Shown: piece after piece, positions 12,165 through 25,743 of the stretch | How positions within the stretch are numbered: the first letter of the stretch is position 1 | How the letters are laid out: each line of letters begins with the position of its first letter | Source: Octopus vulgaris | Lineage: Eukaryota | NCBI GenBank assembly: GCA_951406725.2 | Contig: OX597821.1 | Location: 103,106,001-103,170,000 of the forward strand | Reading direction: 5' to 3' | Length of the DNA stretch: 64,000 bases | Translations under genes and position numbers: made by a program | The notes under the pieces: generated by a model | What the model was told of the DNA's origin: nothing | The model's input: only the letters and a program-made list of their open reading frames with translations | The model's database searches: none

Positions 12165-13079
12165 GATATACATTCATATATGCATAACTGTATTTATAAG
12201 CACATACACACAAACACACAAACACACACACACGCACACACACACACACACATACACACACAAACACACACACACACGCACACACACATATGTTCAAGAA
12301 GATACTTGCACACTCCTACGCATATTCACACACATGCGCACACCTACACGTATGTATACTGATGTATGCACATTGGTATTTCTATTCATAAATATATACA
12401 AGCATACATAAAAAACGCATTCTTGCACTCACACACCTATCCACACACATACACATATACACACATACACACACTCACGCACACATATACACACACCCAT
12501 ACACTCACGTACATGCATACAGGCATTCACCACCCCACACTCCGGCACACCCATATATACATGCGTAGATATAGATATATATCTGAGAAGATGTATAACT
12601 GTATATGAGTGTGTGTATGGTGAGGGTTGCGTATGTGTGTATAGGTTGCCCACACACACATATCCTCCTCTCTGTCTGTCTCTTACTCTCTCTTCCGCTC
12701 TCTCTGTCTCACCCTCTCTTCCATATACACCTACACATATGGTCACTCATGAAACGGTGTCATTTTAAACCCGAATACTTCATATAGAACCGCCATTATT
12801 ATTCCACATGTGTCAGTGCCCCAGAGACTAAAAACTGCTAAATAATCTACTTTAAATTAACTAGCTTAAATTCAAACCACACATACGCTCATACTTACAC
12901 CACAAACATACGTACATATGTTTCATTTTTCATCTATCATTTATTTCATTTATTGGATCGTGGTCATACTGGGGCACTGCCTATATATATATATATACAT
13001 ACATACTTATACATACTAATACATATATAACATACTAATATACATACTAATACATATACCAACCCTATACATACACACA

Positions 13080-13405
13080 TCCAGACCCCTCCCATACTTT
13101 TAGCTGGTCCCTCAACCCTTTTATCAACCCTATTATCTCCCCTTATTTCGCTCTCGCGTCTCATGTTTGATCTTTGACCTCTGGCCGAAATCAGATCGCC
13201 ATGTTGATTCGTTAGCTACTGCACGCATTTTTTTTCTCCTTCTTTCTGTGTTTTTCTCTCTCTGTGTATCTTTCTGTCGAAGAGCATAGGCTCGAAACGT
13301 TAAAGACTTGTTTTATTTATATTTCCTGAGCGCCATACTAATACAATTGTTCAGTTTGTTTTCACACCTGCCTTCGTCTTTTGTTTATTTTCATAAAGCC
13401 TCCCG

Positions 13406-13408
<3 letters not shown>
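13080..13408 (+). mobile_element. Penelope-like pLTR fragment with hammerhead motif at 13269-13306
   Basis: TCTTT-CTGTCGA-a-GAGC-atag-GCTC-GAAAC-GTT-AAAGA; ends in (TA)n; homologous to 13530-13708 and 52918-53073. Confidence 0.65.
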
Positions 13409-13452
<44 letters not shown>

Positions 13453-13529
13453 TATTTAATATTAGTATTAGGGAAGTAATTTCCGAGTTCACAGGGGAGG
13501 GAAGTTCAATTTAGTATATATATATATAG

Positions 13530-13708
13530 ATCGGTAGCCACTACACACATTTTTTTCTCCACTTGTTTTTTTCTGTGTCCCTTTCTGTAGAAGAGCGTAG
13601 GCTCGAAACGTAAAAGACTTTTTCAATTCCTGAGCGTTATACTAATACATCTGTTTGTTTTCTATACCATCCGTCTTCGTCTTTTGTTTTTTTTGTCAAC
13701 TCTCCCTA
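13530..13708 (+). mobile_element. Penelope-like pLTR fragment with hammerhead motif at 13581-13616
   Basis: CTTT-CTGTAGA-a-GAGC-gtag-GCTC-GAAAC-GTA-AAAG; very similar to 52918-53073. Confidence 0.65.
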
Positions 13709-13710
13709 TT

Positions 13711-13777
<67 letters not shown>

Positions 13778-13782
13778 TCACA

Positions 13783-14082
13783 CAATTGCCACGTGGAAGA
13801 TGTTTACAAGCCCTTTTAAAAGCACACAAAAACCGTTAGATTTACTTCAACATATAAATTTAATTTATCAAAATATTTTCGGCGCTTTGAAACCACGACC
13901 TCTTCAGTGGTGAAATTCCGTGCAGCACGGAATTTTTGAAAAATTAAATTTAAATGCTGAAGTGAATCTAACGGGTTTTGTGTGTTTCTAAATGGCTTAT
14001 AAAGACCTTCTACGCTGCAATTGTTTTTATTTCAGCACACGATCTCAGATCAGGTCACTTGCTATGGAAGTACATCTCCGTT
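13783..14082 (+). mobile_element. Fold-back Penelope-like remnant with hammerhead motif at 13868-13910 (minus)
   Basis: 13783-13873 is inverted at ~13933-14023, with a central palindrome gaaattccgtgcagcacggaattt and a one-sided tail 14024-14081 then (TA)n. Minus: cca-CTGAAGA-GGTCG...CGCC-GAAAATATTT-tga. Confidence 0.6.
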
Positions 14083-14104
14083 ATATATATATATATATAT
14101 ATAT

Positions 14105-14370
14105 GTTGATGGTTGTCTACTCCTTACACAGAGTTTGACCACCTCTTGTACCTACATCTTTGACCCATCATGGCATCTGATGTGACTTTGTAAACCAAAT
14201 TATGTTTTGAAAAGACACCCACATAGATTGCATATCCGATTGGAACAACCAAGAGCTGCAGATAAGTTCTGATCTTTGTGGATCTTAAAATGTCTTTTGA
14301 GGACCCCGTTAGATTTGAAGACCTTCTGGCATACATTGCATTGAAAGGTGTGCACAGACATATAGGCAGA
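14105..14370 (-). pseudogene. Two C2H2 zinc fingers, probably the 3' end of an RTE-type LINE ORF
   Basis: FQCNVCQKVFKSNGVLKRHFKIH...ICNLCGCLFKT*FGLQSHIRCH with an in-frame stop, short 3' trailer, (TA)n on both sides. Confidence 0.6.
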
Positions 14371-14495
14371 ATATATACTTATATATATATATATATATAT
14401 AATTAATCCAAACAAGAAAACAAAAAGACAACAACGCAAGGATGTGGAACAAATAAAGTATTATTGGACGCTCAGGAAAGAAGGGAAGAAGGAGG

Positions 14496-14526
14496 ATTTG
14501 ACGTTTCGAGCGGAGCTCTTCGTCGG

Positions 14527-14530
<4 letters not shown>
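14496..14530 (-). ncRNA. Minimal hammerhead motif (C4 variant) in a pLTR fragment 14400-14530
   Basis: Minus: ATTT-CCGACGA-a-GAGC-tcc-GCTC-GAAAC-GTC-AAAT; GUC triplet, ACGT palindrome in place of stem III. Confidence 0.65.
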
Positions 14531-14577
<47 letters not shown>

Positions 14578-14609
14578 TATAGGTATATATATTTATATAT
14601 TTATGTATA

Positions 14610-14640
<31 letters not shown>

Positions 14641-15173
14641 GTGCATATATACACAAACATACATATATACTTACATACATACATACATACATACATACAT
14701 GCATGCATACATACATACATACATACATACATAAATACATACATACCACGGTCGCAGACACACACATAAATACATAAATATGTATGTGTGAATTTATGCG
14801 TATAGATATCAGTATAACAAACGATTAATTAAAAGAAATAACTACTTAAAATTTCATACGGTATTAATTAATGCCCCCTACTTTTGTAGGTCTGCTGTAC
14901 TCATCTGTTGGGGGTGAGAAGACACATGTGTATTGTATATATTCGAGTTTTATGGTTAGAATTTTGTTGATTGTGCACAATGTCAGTGTAATGTACTTTA
15001 GCCTTTATTCGTAAATCATTGGTAGCGACTAACGTTTTATGGAACTTTAGTCATAAGCGAATGGACTGTTAAATATTTTAGTTTTAATTGTATTTTGTAA
15101 TATGTACAGTTCTATATTTTAAGCTTTCATACAAACATATATACGTACATGTATATATCTGTATATATGTACG

Positions 15174-15243
<70 letters not shown>

Positions 15244-15808
15244 CACACACATACACATACATACTTACATACATGCATGTACATACGTACATATCTATAT
15301 ATATGGATATATTTGTGTGCAAAAGAGACCGATAGAATCAGCACCAGGTTAACAAAGAATAAATCTTGGGGTCGATTTGTTCGAATAAAGGCAATGCTCC
15401 CGCATGGTCGCTGTTAAATGACTGAACCAAGTAAAAGAATAAAAGAACATCTATCTTAATATATATATATATATATATATACATACATACATATGTTGTT
15501 ATTTACTATAATTATTTTTGTTGAGTTAGCTCCTTGTTGCTCTGAGTTTCAAAAATATGTTATTAATCTCTACTATGGTATTAAGTACTCTATTTTCCGA
15601 CACTTAAGAGTAGTGCGCGCGCGCGTGTGTATTTTCTCAAAATTCCACTTATTCCACCATGCCTGTCGATGAAGTGGTCACCTATTTCTGCGTTAGCTGT
15701 TGGTATGTTTGTATGTTTGCCGTGATGTGATCTAAGAATGCATCAATAAAATGTAGCTGAAACAGCTATAACAACTGTAGTGAATCTAGAATCCCACTTG
15801 TTGTCTTC

Positions 15809-15846
<38 letters not shown>

Positions 15847-16040
15847 CACACATGCACACACACATGCACACACATACATCACATACATAGTACTTTTATA
15901 GATAGGGCTAATTTAGCTGTTTCTCCACAGTTTTAAAAGATGAACAACTTTAATCGAATTTCGAATCTTATTTGTTTATCATCAGAGGCGCCCAAAATCA
16001 TATTTTTATGTATAAATAAATATTTTGTATTTTACTAATT

Positions 16041-16159
16041 TACGAAGGGTGTATGAAAATTTTGACCTTTCAAGGCCTTTGATGTCTTGTAACTTCATCA
16101 GATGTCTTGTATGAGGTTTTGTTTTTTGAGGGCTCAAGACTCTTAATACACCTCTCGTA
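16041..16159. mobile_element. Mariner-type MITE, copy 2
   Basis: TA-CGAAGGGTGTATGAAAA ... TAATACACCTCTCG-TA; homologous to 791-920. Confidence 0.7.
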
Positions 16160-16783
16160 TATATACTATAAATCATTTGATATTCAATATAATATTATAT
16201 AATTTATATACAACACTATAATAATATTATAATAAATTCATAGCGTCCCCCAATCCACTGTCTTCCTACTAACTCTTCTTTTTTCTCTACCGCACCCCCA
16301 CCTCCCCCTTAGGCACCAGCGCTCACCTGGACCGTCTCAGCACCCACTAGGGTGGGGGTAGCGCTCACTTTGAGAATCTAGGCCTTGTATTATCCACAGT
16401 CCAGTAGCAGATATCAGTAAAAGAATAATTGATGAAGAGAAGGTAGAAATGATGGTCAAAAAATCGCGATTGACATTTAAAAATTGGTTCTTGTTGATTG
16501 GCATTAATAAAGTGAATCAGAATAAAATAACTTCATCTGGAATCGAAACCGACTTGTAGATTTTGTTTAAGCGAAGAACAATAACGGCTACGACGATGAT
16601 TTATTTTCACAGTTAATGGATAAGGACAAAGGAAATTATAATGGCATAGACACTGTTGTGATCTTAGAGAACAGCGAAAATCAAACAACTGCCACGGGCA
16701 ATCGAAACCAGAAACCCGAAACAATAATAAAAAGCTAGCGATAAATTTATTTATTTGAAAATTATCAACAATATCATCGCTGC

Positions 16784-16838
<55 letters not shown>

Positions 16839-17457
16839 GCTATTACGACGGTAATGGCGACGATGACGATGACCGCCGCCACCATCACCACCACCACCAC
16901 CATCACCACCACCACCACCATCATCACCATCCATTATCCATTACAACAACACCACTACCACCCCAACCATCACTAAAACCACAAGCACCGCCACTACCAT
17001 CACAACCATCACTAACAACATTATGGCCACAACCAACACCACCACCGTAACCACTACCATCAAAAACAAACGCTACCATCAAAACCACTAACACCAGCAC
17101 CATCATCATCATCACCATCACTACCACTACCGCCACCCTCTATCCCCATCAGCAACAGAACATGTTTTTATAGTATTGTTTGCCTGTCTCATCCCTCCTT
17201 GTATTCATACACCCATTTCAAAGCTTATACACAAACAACAGAATTATACTCGCATAACAGAATTTTACGCAAATAATGGAATTATATACATATGACAGAA
17301 TTGTAGACAAATAACAGAATTATATAGATATAACAGAATTATGGAAAAATACCAGAGTTATAAACACGAGGAGAAACACCGAGATACGAATGGTTTTTTT
17401 TTATCTCTTCTATTTTCTGTTATATATATGTATATGGGCCAACAGAAGAAAGAGTGA

Positions 17458-17625
17458 GAGAAAGAGTGGTGAAGGAGTACAGCAGGGACCCCCCACCTGC
17501 CGGAGCCTCGTGGAGCTTTTAGGTGTTTTCGCTCAATAAACACTCACAACGCCCGGTCTGGGAATCGAAACCGCGATCCTACGATCACGAGTCCGCTGCC
17601 CTAACCACTGGGCCATTGCGCCTCC
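17458..17625 (-). mobile_element. Short tRNA-derived SINE
   Basis: Minus: ggaggcgcaatggcccagtggttagggcagcggactcgtgatcgtaggatcgcggtttcgattccc (A and B boxes). Confidence 0.7.
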
Positions 17626-17709
17626 ATATATATCTCTCTATCTATCTATCTCATTCTCACTCTTTCTTTCTTTCTTTCTTTCTTTCTCTCTCTCTCTCTC
17701 TCTCTCTCT

Positions 17710-17787
<78 letters not shown>

Positions 17788-18194
17788 TGATAGATGGATA
17801 GATGGATAGATAGATAGATACATATTTCTGTGTGTGTCATTGCGCCTGTGTTGGTCACAGAACCCCCCGCTTGTCAACCAGTCTGGGTTTCTTTATGTTT
17901 AAAAACGTAGCGGTTCGACAAAAGGGAACGACTGAATTAGTACCATACTTTAAAAAACAACAGCAAAAAAGAAACAAGCGCAATTACTGGCCTCGAACTA
18001 ATGGATAAAACTTTACAAGGTGGTATTCCAGCATAGCCGCTGTCTCTTGATTGAAACAAGCAAATATATATATATATATACATAAAATAAGATAAAATAA
18101 AGTGTAATTTTTCGACATCTTCATAGCGTAAACCATATAATCCGGTGTCGTAGTTTATTATTTATTCTTCTTTAACAGAACAAGTAAGGAACAA

Positions 18195-18292
18195 CAACAT
18201 GCCACCGCCCGCCATCTAACGTAAGCTACACAAATTCACCGCTTCACTTCTAACCAGATCGCTGAACCGGAAACACTTAATACGTCACCAAT
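18195..18292. promoter_or_regulatory. Candidate CpG-rich housekeeping-type promoter
   Basis: Unique CpG-rich patch with CCGCCATC (YY1-like, minus), ACCGGAAA (ETS-like), TACGTCA (CRE-like) and ATATGGCGG (YY1-like) over an ATG. Confidence 0.45.
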
Positions 18293-18363
18293 ATGGCGGA
18301 AGGGAACAGGGGAACGCAAACAAGATCAAGCGGCAAGAACAAGGAGGCAAAGCAATCCCCACC
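18293..18363 (+). CDS. Candidate first coding exon, product unknown (MAEGNRGTQTRSSGKNKEAKQSP..., phase 2)
   Basis: aatATGG Kozak context, open 71 nt, followed by a GTAAGT donor at 18364. Downstream exons not identified. Confidence 0.45.
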
Positions 18364-18689
18364 GTAAGTAAAGGGGCAGTAAAGTAGCCTTTATCCCACC
18401 CAAGGGTTACGTGTTCTAAATGATTGAATATTTAGAGGAGGAGAAAGAAAAGACAGAGAGAAAACATTGATATCGGTTGATTGAACTTAAATTGAAAATT
18501 ACACACACACCTCACACATATCCGTGTGTGTTTGTGTGTATGCATGTATATATGCATATGTATGTGTATGTGTGTGTGCGTAGATAAATAGATATAGATA
18601 CATGCGAGTGCAAGTATGTACATATGCATACCCTCAAACAAATACACACACACACATATATATGTATATATGTATGTACATAAATACAA

Positions 18690-18744
<55 letters not shown>

Positions 18745-18772
18745 CATACATACATATATATACATACATACA

Positions 18773-18804
<32 letters not shown>

Positions 18805-19466
18805 CGTAAATATCGAACGATGGAAATAAGGGCTCAACACCGCATTGGTGAGAATACATACATACATACATACACACATATATAAATATATACACACACG
18901 CACATATACATACGTAGACATATATACACATGTATAGAGAGAGACGGATAGATAGATAGATAAATAGATAGATAGATATATAAATAGATAGATAAATAAA
19001 TAGATAGATGAATAGATAGATAGATCGATAGAAAGATATATAAATAGATAGATGAATAGATAGATAAATAGATAGATTGATAGATAGACAGACAGACATA
19101 TGGATATTTATATGTTTATGCTTGCATAATGCATGCATACTGAGATATATTCAGATGTAATTTATAGGTATTTGAATATTTGCATATGTGTGTGCTTTCA
19201 CCGGAACGTGTGTCTAAAATGATTTACAATCCAAATACTTGACATACACACAATCATATGCGCGCGCGTGTCTGTGTGTGTGTGTGCGTTTGTGTGTGTG
19301 TATGTATGTGTGCATGTGTATACATACATACATACATATGTTTATATTTACCAAGAACATACACTGCAACCCTCCCCCCATTATACAAAGTATAGCTTTA
19401 ACCGATCAGAATAACACAAAGTAAACATTGGAAGTCGAAATGTTTAACTCCAACTAAAATAATATT

Positions 19467-19865
19467 CTTCTCTACTCTAGGCACAAGGCCCGAAATTTGG
19501 GGGGAGGGGCCAAGTCGATTAGATCGACCGCAGTACGCAACTGATACTTAATTTATTGACTCCGGAAGGATAAAAAGGAAAAGTCGACGTCGGAGGAATT
19601 TGAACTCAGAACATAAAGACAGACGAAATACCTATTTCTTTACTACCCACAAGGGGGTAAACACAGAGAAGACAAACAAGGACAGACAAACGGATTAAGT
19701 CGATTATATCGACTCCAGTGCGTAACTGGTACTTATTTAATCGACCCCGAAAGGATGAAAGGCAAAGTTTACATTGGCGGAATTTGAACTCAGAACGTAG
19801 CGGCAGATGAAATACCTCTAAGCATTTCGCCCGACGTGCTAACGATTCTGCCAGCTCGCCGCCTG
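19467..19865 (-). mobile_element. Dimeric SINE family B
   Basis: Two bodies in tandem inside a 17-bp TSD ccaactaaaaYaatatt (19450-19466, 19866-19882). Confidence 0.85.
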
Positions 19866-19988
19866 CCAACTAAAACAATATTAACGATATCTATAGGTTC
19901 TTGGTGACAATTAGAGAAGGTTTTGGTTTTATGTAATATACCTCGATGGAGTTATAGCTCAACGTGACAAGAAAAAGTAAGCAATTCG

Positions 19989-20258
19989 TAGGAGTGGCTG
20001 AGTGGTAAGCAGCTTGCTCGCAAACCACATGCTTCCAAGTTTAGTCCCACTGCGCGGCACCTTGGGCAAATGTCTTCTACTACAGCCTCGGGCCGATCAA
20101 AGCCTTGTGAGTGGATTTGGTAGATGGAAACTGAAAGAAACCCGTCATATATACATATAAGTATGTATGTATTTGTATGTCTGTGTTTGTCTCCACACCG
20201 TCGCTTGACAACCGATGTTGGTGTGTTTACGTCCCCGTAACTTAGCAGTTCGGCAAAC
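19989..20258 (+). mobile_element. SINE family A, 3' part replaced
   Basis: Homology stops at cggcaaa and switches to a different repeat. Confidence 0.8.
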
Positions 20259-20261
20259 GGG

Positions 20262-20437
20262 GTCCCCACCTGCAAGGTCATGCGCTGTTTATCTTGATAT
20301 AAGATCGCCATGTCGCGCACATATGGTTGTGTTTCATGTACCTGGTGTATCCTTATCAGACAGGTAGTCATGATGGGTATACTGGGGTTCGTATATTTTA
20401 CCCCAGTGTCACTTTGATGGCATGCACTGCTCTGTCA

Positions 20438-20520
<83 letters not shown>
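20262..20520 (+). mobile_element. 3' end of an unidentified retroelement with (AAT)n tail
   Basis: Unique 180 bp ending tcactg then (AAT)n; family assignment (possibly R4/Dong UTR) is inference. Confidence 0.4.
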
Positions 20521-20521
<1 letters not shown>

Positions 20522-20722
20522 CCTTTCTACTATAAAGCCTGGAATTTTGCGGTAGGGAACTAGTCGATTTAATCAACCCCAGTGTTTCACTGGTACTTAA
20601 TTCATAGACCTCGAAAGGATGAAAAGCAAAGTCGACCTCGGTGGTGTTTGAACCTAGAACGTAGGGACGGGTGAAATATCGCTAAGCATTTCGTCGAGCG
20701 TGCTAACGATTCTGCCAGCTCA
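20521..20722 (-). mobile_element. SINE family B
   Basis: Homolog of 8245-8459. Confidence 0.8.
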
Positions 20723-21195
20723 ATAAAAGAAAAAATAAAGAAAAGAAAATAAAAGGAACAAAATGAATATTATCATAATGAATTTACATTATCTTATGGA
20801 CGTTATCAAGTTCCATTATCTCTTTGAAATCATGAAGCTCAATATTATGTTACGAAACCGAATAACCCTTCAGTTCCGTTTTTAAGAATTTCTTTTGTTC
20901 GTTGTATATATATTTTTTGATCTTCAGAAAATAAATATATAAACGAACGACAAATAAATAAATCTTTCACCTATCCATTTTAAACAATAGATATTCATTC
21001 TATAACTTCTTAACATGTTGACAGCTGTTGTTGTTTTTATTTATTTATTTATTTATCTATCCATTTGTTTATTTATTTGTTTATACATTGCATTCTGTGT
21101 TTCACTATCAGAATAACAACGGTAACAACAAAATTAAAAAGAGAGAAGATAAAAGCGGAATGAACTCGCCAGTCATTGCCGGCAATTCTTTGTGG

Positions 21196-21274
<79 letters not shown>

Positions 21275-21347
21275 GTCTGTCTGTCTGTCTATCTATCTGT
21301 CTGTCTGTTTGCCTGTCTATCTACCTACCTATCTACATACCTACCTG

Positions 21348-21428
<81 letters not shown>

Positions 21429-21433
21429 GTCTG

Positions 21434-21469
<36 letters not shown>

Positions 21470-21482
21470 CCTACCTACCTAC

Positions 21483-21533
<51 letters not shown>

Positions 21534-21593
21534 ACTAGCTTATATATAGAGGTAATTTATACACTCATATATATATACATACTTGCACACATG

Positions 21594-21693
21594 NNNNNNN
21601 NNNNNNNNNNNNNNNNNNNNNNNNNNNNNNNNNNNNNNNNNNNNNNNNNNNNNNNNNNNNNNNNNNNNNNNNNNNNNNNNNNNNNNNNNNNNN
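21594..21693. other. Assembly gap (100 N)
   Basis: Run of N. Confidence 1.
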
Positions 21694-21699
21694 TCCTTA

Positions 21700-22169
21700 T
21701 CATGTCAAGTACTACTCGACTTCATTAAGAACAGAAATTATTGTTTGGAGTGCAGCTTTTCCAATGACAGCCCTTCAAAATGCAATGGAGGCTTAATTTT
21801 CAAATTTACAACTCGCTTGTCGCAAAGATTTTATTGAAATTTGGCAATATGTTCCCAGTGCACGTTCTTGCTTTATGAGGCTCGTCGGTATATATGATCT
21901 TCAGGAACTTTTCTTGTGGTCATTCTGCTTCAAATTTATCGCGTTCGATAGAAAGTCGCGTCTGTCGATTTATTTGAAACCCGCTCCTAAATTGTCTTTG
22001 CACTTCGACAGAGCTTTTTCAAACTTCCAGCAGCATATCAGGTGAAATGTCCTGTATTCAAAGCTTAGTTTGGCCACTTTAATTATTTGTAATGGGTTAA
22101 GTCTAAAAACAAACGAAAATTGAATTATCTGCTGTTGAAATGTGCAGACAATTTTTGGAACACCCTCCG
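21700..22169 (-). mobile_element. Possible decayed Tc1/mariner end
   Basis: Right end reads GAGGGTGTTCCAAAAATTG on minus, resembling a Tc1/mariner TIR; no partner TIR visible (gap). Confidence 0.3.
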
Positions 22170-22316
22170 AATGCATGTGTGTGTCTGTGTGACTGTATGT
22201 ATGTCTATGTATGTCATTATTCAGTTTATTTCAAGATTTCTTGCCAATAGAGAAAGAACCGGTTTCTAATCTAGATGCAAGGCATCTTCATTGAAATTTC
22301 AACATCAACAACAGGA

Positions 22317-23296
22317 TATGTATGTACGCACGTACGTATGTATGTATGTATGTATGTATGTATGTATGTATGTATGTATGTATGTATGTATGTATGTATG
22401 TATGTATGTATGTATGTATGTATGTATGTATGTATGTATGTATGTATGTATGTATGTATGTATGTATGTATGTATGTATGTATGTATGTATGCATGCATG
22501 TATGTATGTATGTTTGTATGTATGTATGTATGTATGTATGTATGTATGTATGTATGTATGTATGTATGTATGTATGTATGTATGTATGTATGTATGTATG
22601 TATGTATGTATGTATGTATGTATGTATGTATGTATGTATGTATGTATGTATGTATGTATGTATGTATGTATGTATGTATGTATGTATGTATGTATGTATG
22701 TATGTATGTATGTATGTATGTATGTATGTATGTATGTATGTATGTATGTATGTATGTATGTATGTATGTATGTATGTATGTATGTATGTATGTATGTATG
22801 TATGTATGTATGTATGTATGTATGTATGTATGTATGTATGTATGTATGTATGTATGTATGTATGTATGTATGTATGTATGTATGTATGTATGTATGTATG
22901 TATGTATGTATGTATGTATGTATGTATGTATGTATGTATGTATGTATGTATGTATGTATGTATGTATGTATGTATGTATGTATGTATGTATGTATGTATG
23001 TATGTATGTATGTATGTATGTATGTATGTATGTATGTATGTATGTATGTATGTATGTATGTATGTATGTATGTATGTATGTATGTATGTATGTATGTATG
23101 TATGTATGTATGTATGTATGTATGTATGTATGTATGTATGTATGTATGTATGTATGTATGTATGTATGTATGTATGTATGATGTATGTATGTATGTATGT
23201 ATGTATGTATGTATGTATGTATGTATGTATGTATGTATGTATGTATGTATGTATGTATGTACGTGCGTATGTATGTATGTATGTATGTATGTATGT
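22317..23296. repeat. ~1 kb (TATG)n array
   Basis: Directly visible. Confidence 0.95.
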
Positions 23297-23391
23297 ATTC
23301 TCATGCATATAGATGCATATCTAGAAATGCTGATATATATTTAAATGATGTATGTATGTATGTATGTATATTATGTATGTATGTATGTATG

Positions 23392-23483
<92 letters not shown>

Positions 23484-23903
23484 GTTTCTCTTTATCTCTA
23501 TCTCTATAATCTACCTGCCACACTATTCTGTCATTCTCACTATATGTATATATTTATGTGTGTGTATGTGTGTGTGAGTGTGTGCGTGTGTGTGTGTGTG
23601 TGTATAGACACACGTACATATCATACACGTACACATAAATAATGTCATGTATATGCACGCAGTCTCAAAGGTGGATAACCATACACGTAAATACTTATAC
23701 CACTCCCAAAAACTTGTCCCCCCCCTAATGTATGTATGTATGTATAGTATGTATGTATGTATAGCGTTCCACTTGTATGTCTACATGTACTTTATAAATA
23801 TGTAAATTAGTTTCTTATCTATAATGTGCTGGCTTTAGTGACGATCCAGTACATAAGATAAATTATACGGATGAATATGTGCGTAAGTGTAAGTATGAGC
23901 GTC

Positions 23904-23990
<87 letters not shown>

Positions 23991-24018
23991 CATACATACA
24001 TAATACAATATATAAGTA

Positions 24019-24056
<38 letters not shown>

Positions 24057-24097
24057 TATATATTTATATATATATACGTATATATATACATATATAT

Positions 24098-24222
<125 letters not shown>

Positions 24223-24584
24223 CATATATATATATGTATATATTTACATATACGTATAAAAGCTTCTTAAAAAACATTATATCTGTGATATCGATGTGTG
24301 AAAAAACGGGTTCATCAAAAATAGGCGCGCAATAAAATTAACAAAAAATCCCAAAAAAACAAGCCATGTACAAACATCTCCTTATAAAAGAAAATCAAAA
24401 GAAAAGTTAGTTTTGTATTTAAAAAAGAAACACGCAGAAAAGAAACATGATAGAGACGACATTTCGGTTTGTCACCTCTAAAGATGACAACACCGAATGA
24501 TAAGGAGTATATATATGTATATATGTGTATATGTGTATATGCATATATATGTGCAAACATATGTATGTATGTATATATATATAT

Positions 24585-24650
<66 letters not shown>

Positions 24651-24690
24651 TATATATCTGTGTAAATGTGTATGTGTCTATAGCAGTATG

Positions 24691-24731
<41 letters not shown>

Positions 24732-24940
24732 TTAGATATATATGTGTATATGTGTATATGTATATGTGTGTTTATATATATGTATGCGTGTGTGTATACA
24801 TATATGTATATATATGTATACATACTTATATATGTATATATACATATATATGCATGCATATATATATATACATATAAACATACATATATACATGTATATA
24901 CTCATAACTACATATATATCCACATATATTCATACACACT

Positions 24941-25026
<86 letters not shown>

Positions 25027-25412
25027 TCACCGACTGATATCAATGCTGTTTTACTTCTTAACGAGATATCATCTTGGTTTATCTAGATATCGGGTTCTTA
25101 CTCGGTTTACCCACGATTCTAAGTTGAAGAGAAAAGAAAAAAAACAACAACAAAAGAAAGAAAACAAAAGAAACAAAAAACAAACAAACAAAATTAATAT
25201 TTACTTGGAAAAGGGAAATTTAAGTTCCATTTAATGAATTCATAAATATGAAACATACGAGTTATTATGCTAATTAATTCCTTAGATCATCAAGCCTTAA
25301 ATATTTCCCGATTTTTTTTCACGTCCTAAGAACATAGAAACTTCAAGGGAACGTGAAATAATTTGGTTGTAACGGTGGGACTCGAAGTGAATTCAGCTAT
25401 ATATTAAATGAT

Positions 25413-25602
25413 TTCAAATTTTGCCTCAAGGGCAGCAATTTCGGCGAAGTGGGTCAGTCATTTACATCGATTCCAGTATTCAACAGGTATTTATTTTATC
25501 GATCTCGGAAGTATGAAAAGCAAAGTCGACCTCGACGGAATTTAAACACAGAACGCGAAAACGGACGAAATATCGCTAAGCATTTCGCCCCTCGTGCTAA
25601 CG
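25413..25602 (-). mobile_element. SINE family B, diverged
   Basis: Contains aaagcaaagtcgacctcgacggaatttaaacacagaacg. Confidence 0.7.
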
Positions 25603-25670
25603 ATGAATAAATCTGTAAATAATAGCGCCTAAATTTTGGGTCGAAGCCCTTTTGGATGGAAACAATCGAA

Positions 25671-25743
25671 GGTTGCTCGCAAAACTCGAACCCCTATCTT
25701 CTTTTGACTTGACAGACGTTCTACCATTGGACCAAAGCAATCC
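25671..25743 (-). pseudogene. Degenerate tRNA-like sequence
   Basis: Minus: ttgctt-TGGTCCAATGGTAGAAC...AGGGGTTCGAGT...gagcaa. A box, B box and acceptor pairing present, but the anticodon loop is non-canonical. Confidence 0.35.

Noticed and set aside
24455-24490. GGT/ACC stem plus GAAAT-GTC on minus
   Set aside because: Core CTTTAGA is too degenerate and stem I does not pair.
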